From the NCBI GenBank assembly GCA_965153285.1, contig OZ229114.1: a DNA stretch of 64,000 bases, one strand, 5' to 3'. The notes beneath the pieces are model-generated. The model was given only the letters and a program-made list of their open reading frames with translations. It was not told the origin of the DNA and did not search any database. This document shows positions 32,501 through 44,023 of the stretch, piece after piece (position 1 is the first letter of the stretch; every line of letters starts with the position of its first letter). Source of the DNA: Podarcis tiliguerta (taxonomy: Eukaryota). The position numbers and the translations under genes are program-made.

Positions 32501-35091
32501 GGAAATCTGCAATTAGCTAAAGGTGTGCTTAATAATGGTGATCAATGCTCTGTCTTTGCTTAATGAGCTGTTAAATTGCATCCCTGAGATAGATCACTAA
32601 GACCAGCCTGCCATTGTAGCTGGGAGGTGAGGTGCTGTGTTGCAATGGTGAGGGCATAGTGCTCTCATTCTAACACAGATACACCATGCTTTCCTCCTAG
32701 CAGGACTGAAAGGACTTGGTATCAATGTTCTTCATTTGCCCTCTTGATTTACAAAGTCCCAGCGTTTTGGTCCTGAAGGGTTACTATGAATATGGTCTCA
32801 TAAGTTTCCCACTAGCCTCAAACACTGCAGCGAGACTGTATCTCCTGCTGCCATCGCCCACAGCCTGCTTTTATATCCAGGTGATTTTAAAGACCTCCTA
32901 AGTGCACAACAAGCAACCCAATTGCTTTCGAGCTCAGGTTGATTCAGCCTTCCAGCTGCAAGCTTTGAACATAATGCTCTTGTAAGATATGCTGGTCTAT
33001 TATTGAGGTGTATGTGATGGATTTGTTATCTGATCTGTACCAGCATTTGAATAAGCACTCTTTCACAGCTGCTTTTGTTTTAATACAGCCAAACAACAGC
33101 AACAAGTGATGGAAGATGTATATAACTGCATGCTGTATCTATTTTGGCTATGTTTGCTAATACATCAAGGCTGTTGGAGTCCATTCTTTTTGTGTCTAAG
33201 CCTTTGTGAAATGCTCCAGGCCAGAGTAAATCAAGTAGCCACTGGAGGTTTAGCACTGAGGTGAAAGCTATTTCAGACAATGCAGGTATGACTCAAAGCA
33301 GCTTGACGTCCTGTAAAGAAGTCACTAAACAGGAACGATTATGTCATCTTAAAAAATGGTCTTTATTTCTTAAATTCAAACATATGCATGCTACACTCCC
33401 TGCTATTGATCTTGTAACAAACTGAAAGAAATGCATCGAGGAAGAGTTGGTTTTGTGCACAGGGCAATTAACCAGAACAAGTAAGAACTACCATCTCCAA
33501 CAAACCAAATGGAAGGTGTACTCAAATGGGTATGTACTTTTTTTTTTTTGGTGCCAGGAAGAATGAATTATTCCCGGGGGGGGGGGGAGGGGCAGTTCAC
33601 ACATGCATGAACATCACTTGATGACATGCAACTGACAAGTCTTGTCTATGCTTGCAGCAGAGTGAGCTGCTTGAGTTCTGAGGTTACATAATGGATTTTA
33701 CCACTTCCAACTAGGGCTGAGGAAGGAAACCACTTTGATGTTCAAAAGAAATAAATCCCTGCAAATAGCAAAGTATGAAGCAGGCTACACCAAAAGCTTT
33801 ATTCCTGCCATGTTACATGTTTGTATGTGTTTGTCTATATGTCTTTACTGTTTATATGGAGGAGTGTGGGGTTTTGCCTGGAGGAGACCTGAAATTGCAC
33901 CCAAACCACCACCACACCCGCAGTGTGAAATGGTGCAGTCTGTCACTGTCACAGGATTCCAGTTCTAAATATATGAACCTACTCTATTGAAAAGTATTAA
34001 GTTTTTAGATGATGTCAGGGGCTTGATCTGTGGTGGCTTTTGCAGAAGTTTGTAACCTCTGAGAAGATGCTCCCAGACAGTCTCTCTCTAAGGTATTTCC
34101 TTTCAAGAGGCACTCGACTCTGGTTTTAACTATATCCTTGATTCACCAGAAGAGCACAAAGTCTGATTCCTGAGGTCCCCCAACTGGTTCAGGGAGAACA
34201 TCTGAGAAGCAGCTCTTGAGAAGCACTGAGCTCCTGTTTCCACCTTAGCACCCACAGTTCTTCCCCAAAAGCCATGCTGGTACCTTAGCAGATGAAGAGG
34301 CTGCATTCATGAGAGTTGCTCATGCTACAGAAAGTTGAGTGTTGCATCTAGTAATCAAATTGTGCTGTTTTTGTTTTATTTCTGTTCTCTATAATTTACT
34401 GTTCTCATCTCACATGAATACTGCCCATCTCATGTCTGCTGCAGACTTGCCTGTACACCTCATGCCCCATTAAATCAATATGGTTCTAGTCTATAGGGTG
34501 CCAGAACACTTTTTGCCTTCCTTCGGCTCACAGAGCTGCTTTCTGGGAAGTTCTATGAGGTATACTTATAGTTACCTATGTAGAGCTTGCCTGGCATCTC
34601 CCTAAGCCAGGGAGCAATTACCCAAAAAGCTTTGATTAACTCTTATTTGACAGCAATTGAGAAAAATAACCTTGGCCAGAAGAGTTTTTGGCACCGATTA
34701 TTTAACCTGACATCATGTGTCCTGTTGGCAGACCCTGAGAGGCAATATCCATCTGGAACCACTTACGTTATTCATTGTTTCTTACATTTGTTTTTAATTT
34801 GCCCTTATTTGACTCTGGCTGTGACCACCTAGCTGACTGCAGTATACACACTCCATCCCTTTTTCCTGGGCTCAGGTTTTACACTCTGCTTACAAACAAA
34901 CAAAAACCAACCAACCAACCAAAGGATGGAAGACAACAGAGGATGGCAGTCAACTCTTCCCATCACAGTCTATAAATCGACCCCTCCCGCAGAGCCCCAG
35001 GCCAACAGCCAGCTGCTCAATCCCAAGATTTCCCCCAGCTTTTGAGGGCTGAACAGAATGGGACTATAATATCTCCTCCAGCAAGTGGTGG

Positions 35092-35436
35092 CTAGAGAGA
35101 AGCTTTTCCTCCCTCTTTCATAATACTAGACCCCCAGAGTCACCTAATGAAACTGAATGGTAGACCAGACAAGAGGACTACAAGACTGTGGTTACAGCCA
35201 CCAATTTGTATAGCTTTAACATGGGATTAGATAAATTCATGGTGGACAAGGCTATCAATGGCTGAGAGTCACAATGGTTGTCTAATACCTCTAGGATGAG
35301 AGGCAACATGGAGACGGGAGAGGGCTATTGTCCTTGTGTCCTGCTTGTGGACATCTGGCTGACTGCTGTGTGAAAACAGCACACTGGACTAGATAAGCTT
35401 TTGGGTTGATCCAACAAGACTACTCATGTTCTTATG
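35092..35436 (+). mobile_element. CR1 LINE 3' fragment
   Basis: ...GGATTAGATAAATTCATGGTGGACAAGGCTATCAATGGCT...CTGGACTAGAT...TGATCCAACAAG...ATGTTCTTATG terminus. Confidence 0.75.
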
Positions 35437-36842
35437 GACTCTGGGATCAACACAGGTTGTTTATAAGGTGCAGTTCTGTCCTCTGTGACCAGTGTGGGCT
35501 GCATTGCTAGGTTGAACTATTGGAGATGATGAAATTCCATGATTGTATGGGTCAACTTGGGTCAATAATAACAACAGTAGCATTGGCAGAACATTTCACT
35601 GTCTGCAAAGTGTTTCACATATATGTAGACCTTTTAGAAGAAAAAAAATCCCAAAAAGTGAGTGGTTTTATCCTCATATTGCAGTGGGGGATTAAGGCTG
35701 AGAGCCAAACTTGATGTGACATTATTTTGCCATGGGCTTAAAAAAAAAAAGCTGGTGTGGAGGAGGGAGGCTTCAAGCTTTGGCCCCCACTCTGAATGGA
35801 ATGATTCCACACCTGCTATCTACAATGACAGGAAAGCTCCCACTGGTAACAAGAACCTGTGGTTTTGAGTTCAGTGCCAGGACTCAGCACCAGTCCCCTG
35901 AATATATGCAGAATTTAATTTCAGCCAGGTGTCACAAAGGTTTAAAATCTGGAAGCTGTCTTCAATGCCTGCGAATCTGCCTTCATTATGTAATACTCTG
36001 TGTCTAACTAGAACGAGTTCCAAGTTTATTAAAGAGAAGAAGGTGGGAAGCGTAAGAGAAAATGAAACAAGCTGCACAATACACAAAAGTAAAATGCACC
36101 TACAAGTCTAATATTAGACAGGCAGGAGCTTAACTTCCAGCACTGTAACTCCTAAGGGGCCACAGCAGCATATTAGAAATTCAAACTAAGTAAAGCAATG
36201 TAGTTCACTCTTTAAAAAAAAAGCTCTGCAGAAAAGTGGGAAACCACTTAGATCTTACAACTCATGAACAAATCAAAAGAGGGAGGGAAGCTAAATTTCA
36301 ACATTTTTGGCCATGGCCAGAGCAGGATACTGAACTAGAGGAGCCACTGGTCTGATCCAGCAGGCTCTCCTTATGTTCTGAAAGCAACTGGCACATATAT
36401 ATATATTTGGAACTCTCTATGGACTGAGTAGAAAACAGGATTTCTCTTTGCACTATGTACCCCACTGTACCATCATCACATTAGAGATCTTGGTGTGCTG
36501 GTAATTGGTAGCTGGCCCCCTCCCCACATTTTTCTATTCACATTAGCTGAAAGATGGGCTGTGGATTGGACTCTGGCAGAGATTCCCTCTTTGTTTGACA
36601 CCTTTCAAGAGAAATACTTACCACAGGCTCTTTGATAGACTATCAAAGGAAATTGTTCCTCTTTGTAACAGCTAAAAAGCCAAGCTAGATAAAGTGTACA
36701 TTTTGGCATTTTTTTAAAAAAATTGTGGTGGGATAGAGAATGTCATTCTGGAGATAGGAGTACTGTACTGTACTATATAAAAAGAGAAAAACAGCTACTG
36801 TATCAGAGTTTGGGAATTTGGTGAGGTATAGTTACAGTATAA

Positions 36843-37208
36843 GGGATGCGGGTGGCACTGTGGGTTAAACCACAGAGCCTAGGACTTGCCGATCAGAAGG
36901 TCGGCGGTTCGAATCCCCGCGACGGAGTGAGCTCCCATTGCTCGGTCCCTGCTCCTGCCAACCTAGCAGTTCGAAAGCACATCAAAGTGCAAGTAGATAA
37001 ATAGGTACCACTCCAGCGGGAAGGTAAACGGCGTTTCCGTGTGCTGCTCTGGTTCGCCAGAAGCGGCTTAGTCATGCTGGCCACATGACCTGGAAGCTGT
37101 CTGCGGACAAACGCCGGCTCCCTTGGCCAATAAAGTGAGATGAGCGCCGCAACCCCAGAGTCAGCCACAACTGGTCCTGATGGTCAGGGGTCCCTTTACC
37201 TTTACCTT
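36843..37208 (+). mobile_element. Full-length Sauria SINE
   Basis: tRNA-related head with B-box GGTTCGAATCCC, (ACCTTT)n tail, and a 13-bp TSD TAGTTACAGTATA at 36829-36841 and 37209-37221. Confidence 0.95.
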
Positions 37209-37246
37209 TAGTTACAGTATATCCTTGCCCTTGAATCACTTGAATA

Positions 37247-37408
37247 TACCTGGGCAGTTATATTTCTACAAGGGCTGACATTGATGCAGAAATCCAGCAT
37301 CGCCTGAGCTCTGCGAGTGTGGCTTTCTCCCTGTTGAAGTGCAGCGTGTTTGAGGACCGGGACATTCATAGGGAAACCAAAATGCTTGTTTACAAAGCTA
37401 TTGTACCC
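37247..37408 (+). mobile_element. Internal RTE-clade LINE RT fragment
   Basis: Encodes YLGSYISTRADIDAEIQHRLSSASVAFSLLKCSVFEDRDIHRETKMLVYKAIVP, the RTE YLGS...IDxEI..R...AS.AF...TK..VY.A motif. Confidence 0.85.
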
Positions 37409-38297
37409 TTGAACCATGGAACACTGCTAAGATGCAAGCCTTTAAAGTAAAAAATGAAATATATATTGAAAGTGCATTTAGTCATAGGTTAGAATTTGTG
37501 TTTTTATATTATTTCAAACCAGTATTGATTCCTTCATCCTTACCAACTCCATACATTTTTTAAATAAACCAAATTGGATTTGGTTTGGGCTCTATGATCC
37601 TATTGAATCTTTACCACTTCTGACAGATCTCCTAAAGGTGTGGGCTCAGCATGTGCTCTTTGCTGCAGGGGGAAACTGGCAGGGCTAGCAGCATCCCTAG
37701 AAGAGAAAAGGCAGCCTTCTGCCTTCCAAATAAAATGGAAGCTTTTGTCGAGCTCCCATACGTCTGGGTTTCCCTGGACATTACTGGGATTTCTAAGGCA
37801 GAATTGACATCGGGGGGGGGGGGGGAATTTCCCAAAGGCAGCACTTTGTCCTGGATCTTAGGCAAGTCAATTGAAATTTTTTTTTTTTTTTGCGTTTTTG
37901 TAAAAGAAAAAAAAGGCTAAACAACCTTGGAGTTTTTTTTTTAAATCCCCAACAAGTTCAGTGGTTTTCTTTAAAAATAAACCAGCTCAACAACATTCAG
38001 GATATCCTGGTTTTTAGTTTTTGATATATGGCAACCCTAGCTTTTGCCATTTTTGCATATGGCAACTTGCACCAAGGGGACATGAACCACAGCCTCTCTT
38101 GATTTGCCCTGGTACTTCAGGGCAAAGGAATCTGTCCTACTGTGAGTGTTCCCTTTCTTGTGCCAGTGGGATTAGCTCAATGGCTTATTGATCAGTTTTC
38201 CCCCTTCTTGGCTGCAAGGTTCTCCAAGAGAAGGGCAGCTGCTTTGTCCCTAGTGTGCAGCCCTGTTATGGAACAGTCATGGACACCCTCTGAGCCT

Positions 38298-38361
38298 ATA
38301 TATCTATCTCTATATCTATATCTATATCTATATCTATATCTATATCTATATCTACCTATCT
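38298..38361. repeat. (ATCTAT)n hexanucleotide microsatellite
   Basis: Directly visible. Confidence 0.95.
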
Positions 38362-41300
38362 ACTTAAAATACCTTCAGAGTTCTCACCCTGTCAGTGACG
38401 GCCACTCTATTCTGACATGCCCTCGCCCTCTGGTCTTGTGGTGCCTTCCAAATAACTCTGCTGAAGTCCTTGGTTCAAACTGACCCCCTCCTACCACGTC
38501 ACTGATTCCCCCTGTGAGCACAGGCAAGAGCTTTTTCTTGTCCCCCTCTTGCTTCAACTTTGCAAACAAGTTGAATCAGAGTCAGGTTGCCTCCCCATTT
38601 CTCTCTCTTTCTCTTCAGCAATTAATTTGTGGAAGGAGCTGCATCATTTTCTCCCACTGCCTCCTAAGCGAAATGTGTGTCTCATTTGCTGTGGGAATGC
38701 TGAACGCTGTATTCGGTATTTAGAGCACGAGCAAGGAAAACCTCAAATTAATAACCCTCCCACTCACTATCGGAGTGAATGGGGGTGGAGGAGAGGGAGG
38801 GAGGGCTGCATGCAAGCAGGAGAAATGATTAGAAAGAGATTTTCTATCAAGGCAAGAGCTCAAGAAGAGGGAGAAGGAAAGCTGGGAGCCACAAGAGCAA
38901 GAGGTGATCTCCTTCCTGGCTCCTGGGTCTGTGTGTGGGCACCACTTGCTCTGCAACGTAGGGGGCTGCAGGAGGTGTTACTGCTCTTCAGAGGACAACC
39001 TGGAGTCAAGGTAGCCTACGTCACCCAGGCTTTTTGAACGAGAAAAGGTGAAATAGCCAGCGGTCTTCTTTTGATTGGTCCTAGGGGTGTGAGAATACTA
39101 GGCATATTTCTCCTTTGCCTTGAACATGGTGAGAAAGGCGCCAAGATAGTGTTTTCTCCAGAGACTCTATATGCAAGAAAGTTCCAGGGAAAGGGAATGG
39201 GGAGGAGTAGGACAGAGAGCACTTGCCAAGGGCAGTGAAACTCTCATGGGGAGAGACACCTCTAGGAGAATAAAGGACCTAGAAGCAGCAGCAATGGATT
39301 GCCCTTCCTCCAGACTCTGGGCCCGTGTAAGACCATCTTACCTGGGCTGCCCTTTGGGGCTTGGGGTTAAGTCAGGGAAGGATAGGGAAATCAGCTGGTT
39401 TTGAGAAAGTGTTCTGTCAGAGCAAGCTTCTCATCCCCATGTGCAAGTCTGGAGGTTCTCCTAACCTCCCTGAGCCAATTTTGGGGAGTAGGTAGCCCCA
39501 CTATACTAGTAGAAGTCCTTCTATGGGCATGGGCTTCCACCAGCAAAACTGGTTACTGAATTCTGCCATTATGAATCCCTTTTGGGGTGAGGCAATTTGG
39601 TACCTTTGCTTCTTCTATCTGCAGTTGCCTGGGAAATTCCAGTGTGGAGTTTTTCTTTTTCTTTAAAGTGAATCATTGGAGACTGGAACTCTCAAGCAAG
39701 ATGAATTGGAGTTCAAATATTAATCACAGGAAATAAATACTATAATCCCAATTGATCTGTTCATTTGATAAATGGCACTCACCTCAGTCTCCCATGTGTG
39801 CGCCCTCCAGACAGACTGCTGTCAATCTGGTGTCAGCTGCTCTCTGTGTGACACTCCATCTATCAGATGAAATTAACAATGACATTTCTCAAGTTTTCCC
39901 TAGTCAGTTTCTCTTTCCCTCTCCCCCTCCCCGCCCCCCGTGTTTGCCTTCTCTCTCTGCACGGGGAAGGCAGCACCCTTCACAGAAAGCTTACTTTTAA
40001 AAAAGCGGGGGAGGATGCTGATAATTTGAGATCCAGGCATTTCTCGAGGAGCTGTGATATGCACATACTCTGGCAACTCCCTTCCTTGCTACAGCAGGCT
40101 TAATGCAACTCTTGCACATTCACACATGTTCCCGATACCTTCTTTTTGCCGTTCTGTATTGGTGTTATACAGTCTTGCATTGTGGTGTCACTGAGGGCTC
40201 CTGTAACTTGCAGAGACCCCACGTCTATTAGGCACAGGATATCTGGAGTATCCTGAAAAACATAACTGAGACCCGAGGACCTGGAACTCTAGGCAAAAAG
40301 GCTGAGCAAAATTGCTGCCAGGCCCCTTTTCTCCCCAGTCTCTTGGAGAAAACAGAACAGGAAGATGGTCCGATAAAGTTTACTGCTTGATCGAGCACAT
40401 CAATGTGGCAGCTCTCTCCTCAACCACGATAGCAAAACTCTAATAATAAATGAAATAATCAACAGTTAGCTGCTCGTGAATGGCCCCCCAAAATCTGCAT
40501 CCTTTCCCTGCAGATCAGCCCTGTCAATCAGCTTCCCACTTTCTCTGCCAGCTCACACTTGTGGTTCCTGCTTGGTATTGAGAAAAGCACTTTCTGAATT
40601 GCTTATGGACAGCAGTCCACAAGTCCCAAGGCTGGGGCTATCACTCTCTCTGTGCCCCTCTGGACTGTCGAGTGCAAGGCCAGAGGGCACCCCCCCCCCA
40701 CAAAAAAACCCTTATCCCTGACCAAAGGTATTTCAAGCAGCCCATTTCCCTGATGAGCACAGGCTGCCCATACTCACTTGGAAGAATTTCAGGTGGCATT
40801 TGCTTCAGGGAAATGAATCTTCACATCCATTACAGGGCACAATGAGAACCCGCCACCAGCTCCAGGTCTCCAAAGGTCTGTAGCTTTCTTATGCTCTTTG
40901 GAAAATAAAGCACCTCAGGAAGGGGAAACTCTAATTAGTCTTGTCCCCTTCCTTTTGCTTCGCACACGATAGTGCTCAATAATTACGTGGAATGTTAGCT
41001 CCTCCAGATGGGTGTGGCTTGGGGGTGTTTCACAAATCTTTAATAAAATGAATGAACTGTTTACTTCCTCTGGAGGATGTATATGTATATACTCTGGAGA
41101 TGTACAAACTCCAAATTCCTCTTGCAGAGAAAATGGGCAAGAACAGAGAAGGACATATTGATTGGAGCAGCCCATGTCATCCTGAGCCAGCTCTGCCAGT
41201 GCTGAATATAGGTATTGTAATTAAGGAAATTATTTGACATCGGGGAGGCGAGGCAAAGGAGCAACAGCAGTCATGGAAGTACTGATGGGGGGGTGTATTT

Positions 41301-42249
41301 AACTCTATAGAGGTGTGGCTCCCCCACGCCACCTGTTGGCCACCATGGAACAGTTCAGTTTCTCCACGGTGGTATCGTAGACTGGAATCAATTTGGCTGG
41401 CGTTTTAGCAATACAGCAGAGACCAGAATATGAGCAGTACTCATTAATTAAGATTAATGGTGTGGGTCGAGGAAAGTGAAGAAGATGCGTTATCTGCATT
41501 TCCAGGCTTCACGGAAAGATGCCCTCTTTTTTAAAAAAAACACCAAAATTTTCCTAGCATTTTTTGTTTTAAGAAAAACATGAGAATTACCGAAAGGAAC
41601 AACCAAGAAGCCAAGAGTGAGATGGTCTATATGGCAATCTAGCCAAGAAGCTGTTACTTGCATATAAATCTCCTTTCCAACTTACCGGGATATGCCCTGC
41701 AACTTATTCCTGGACCACTGTGATGCATTTTCTTTTGTGGCAACCCTGGGCCAGCAGAGTCCAGCGTCCCTTGCTGTAAACATGCTCTGGTCTCTATAAA
41801 GGTCCTCATTAGTCAAGTGAATGGGTATTGGACCAGGACAGGCTGCAATCCATCTAGAGCGCACTGCTGGAACGAAATACATCGTGCTGTGATACCTCTG
41901 ATCCAGCATCTGAAATCCATCCCAGGCAAGTGTTCTCTTAGCTTAGCTACTGGCTCTCTGACAGCTGCCCGCTGTCTGGCTATTGGGCCTCCTCAGTGAG
42001 GAACTTCCTTTAGTCAGCGTGTCCCATATATCCCTACCACCAGCCTTTCTAGCTGGTCTTAGGACCTGGCTAGCTCCTGCGCTCTTAGAGGATGCAACAG
42101 GCAGAATTCAACCGGTGAAGCTCTCCCACCTTGGGCTTTATTATTTTTTCATAACAACGGAGCCAGTTTTTTTAAAGAGAGGTGGAAGTGGCAACCCCAC
42201 CCCAAGGACTGGTTCCTTCTAAGACCTCGGAGTCCCACCTGCTCCTCTG

Positions 42250-43400
42250 AAAGCCTTCTGGAGCGGATTGTACTGGCGAGGGCCGTCGGCGAAGCGTGCG
42301 CACGTGCGGCGCTACGCAGCGCGCGCTGGGCGCAGGGAGGCGCCTTCGGAACGGCGAAGTCTCAGCGGGGGGCCCCATTCTCGGCCTCTGCGAGCGCAGG
42401 TGGACGGGCTTGATTTGCATAGTACCCGGCTGGAACTCTCCCCTTTTGCTCGCGGCTCCTCTGCTCCAGGATCTCCGCGCGAGGCCTGGTGGGCGGGTGC
42501 GCGCCTCGCCTGCCCCCGAGGGGGCGGTCTCCCTGCACGCCTTCGCTCTGAAACTGTGGGAGGGCGTCGAGGAAGCGACCTCGCGACGCGGGCGCGCGTA
42601 TTTGTGTACCGGCGCACGTGTCTCCCGGCCTCAGGAGACACGTGTCTAACTGACCCCCCCCCCCCCCCACTTTTTTTCATACCTCAGTTTCCTAGCCGGC
42701 GTGCACGATAGAAAACCCCACCCTCCCCTCCCGGGAAAGAGAGTGTTAGTTCCAGCGTGAAGCGCCACCCTCGGCGTGGGGCGGTACAGAAGACGGGAAG
42801 GACCAGGCGCGGAGTCTCGCTCGCCTCAGGGGAGGCAATCTCTTTCCCCCTTAACCCGGTGTAGAAGCCCGCCCGTGTGAACGGGAGGAAAGCGGCTGTG
42901 CGCAGAAGCTGGCGGGGGAGGTGGAGAAGGCAGTCGGAGGAGGAGGAGGGGAGAGAGCGGGCGCTCGCTTCTCCTGTTGCCGGGGAGCTGGACGCCGCTT
43001 GCCCCGGCCCCGCGCCCCGCCGGGAGGATCTGCCGAGGGCGCCGGGGGGAAGGAGGGGAGGGAGGAGCTGGATCCCGGGCGCCGGAGAGGAGGACAGCTA
43101 GGCGAGAGGAGGCACGCAGTCGGTGCCCGTCCCGTCCCAGCGCCCCGGGGCGTCTCCGCTCCGCAAGATGCGCGGCAAGGATAGGAAAGAGAGCCTCTCC
43201 GACTCCCGCGACCTCGACGGTTCTTACGACCAACTAACCGGTGAGTTCCTCCCGGGCTGGCAGGGCGCTCGGCTCGGGGGCGCTGCGGGAAAGGGTAGCA
43301 TCCCTCTAGCGGCAGACTACCTGGAGCAGGGTAGAGGTCCCGGGTCTAAAATGTTCCGGCTGAACTTCACACACGCACCAGTGGCCCTTTGTGCGCCCTC
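42250..43400 (+). promoter_or_regulatory. KCNIP2: CpG island, KCNIP2 promoter and 5' UTR
   Basis: Abrupt high-GC, CpG-dense segment around the first coding exon. GC boxes at 42491-42496, 42521-42527 and 42778-42784. CACGTG E-boxes at 42301, 42615 and 42639. Confidence 0.9.
43168..43240 (+). CDS. KCNIP2: Kv channel-interacting protein 2 (KChIP2), first coding exon
   Basis: ATG at 43168; MRGKDRKESLSDSRDLDGSYDQLT(G) matches the KChIP2 N-terminus; 73 nt, phase-1 GTGAGT donor at 43241. No downstream exons recognised in the window. Confidence 0.95.
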
Positions 43401-43538
43401 CCCACTCTCTTGGGCGACCTGCAGTCCCTGTGCAAACTTCCACTTAGCCAAAGTGGGCGCTTGCTCGATGTCGACTTCGTCCCTTGAAATCTGGCCCCGT
43501 GGCTTACCTAGGGGGCACCTGGAGCATGTTGGCTGGAA

Positions 43539-43582
43539 GTGTGTGTGTGTGTGTGTTTGTGTGTGGTGTGTGGTGTGTGTGG
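43539..43582. repeat. (GT)n microsatellite, imperfect
   Basis: Directly visible. Confidence 0.9.
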
Positions 43583-44002
43583 TACATGCTGGAGAAATGA
43601 GTCTTCTTTATTCAGCGTTGGAAGATGCACCTTGCTCCAGACAATCAGAACTATTTGCTGCCTGGATTAGGTGTGGTGCCCCCTTTGCAAAACTAAAGGG
43701 AATTCTTGATGAACAGTCTCTCCCAACTCCCGTGTCCAAGTCAAGGCAACCTGAGTGAATGGACGGACCCACCTGAGAAAGGCAAGTGAGCACCTGGAAG
43801 ATAACACAGAAGGGGGTTCATTTAACTCCCTTTGCCTACTCCAGACACCAAGGTAAAGCATCAAGATGCATCTCAGGTGTGTCTGGCTTACTAAGGGAAG
43901 GCATGCCCCCTGGGGCCTTCGTGGTTTCCCCACACCTGGAAAAGGGCCTAGTAGATAAGGAACCCCTTGCACAGGGGACTAGCAAAATCCCTCCAGAGCC
44001 CT

Positions 44003-44023
44003 GTAGCTCTCCATGGTGCTGGT
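44003..44023 (-). promoter_or_regulatory. Candidate RE1/NRSE (REST-binding) element in KCNIP2 intron 1
   Basis: The reverse strand reads ACCAGCACCATGGAGAGCTAC, matching the RE1 core NTYAGMRCCNNRGMSAG at all but one position. Confidence 0.5.

Noticed and set aside
36843-36930. tRNA gene
   Set aside because: The A/B-box-like sequence is the head of a Sauria SINE; the same applies at 1010 and to the other SINE head near 46700.
42172-43237. Multiple overlapping Arg/Pro/Gly-rich ORFs
   Set aside because: Expected in a GC-rich CpG island with few stop codons.
43123-43758. 211-aa ORF over KCNIP2 exon 1
   Set aside because: Non-ATG start. It reads through the GTGAGT donor at 43241 into intron and a GT microsatellite; only 43168-43240 is coding.
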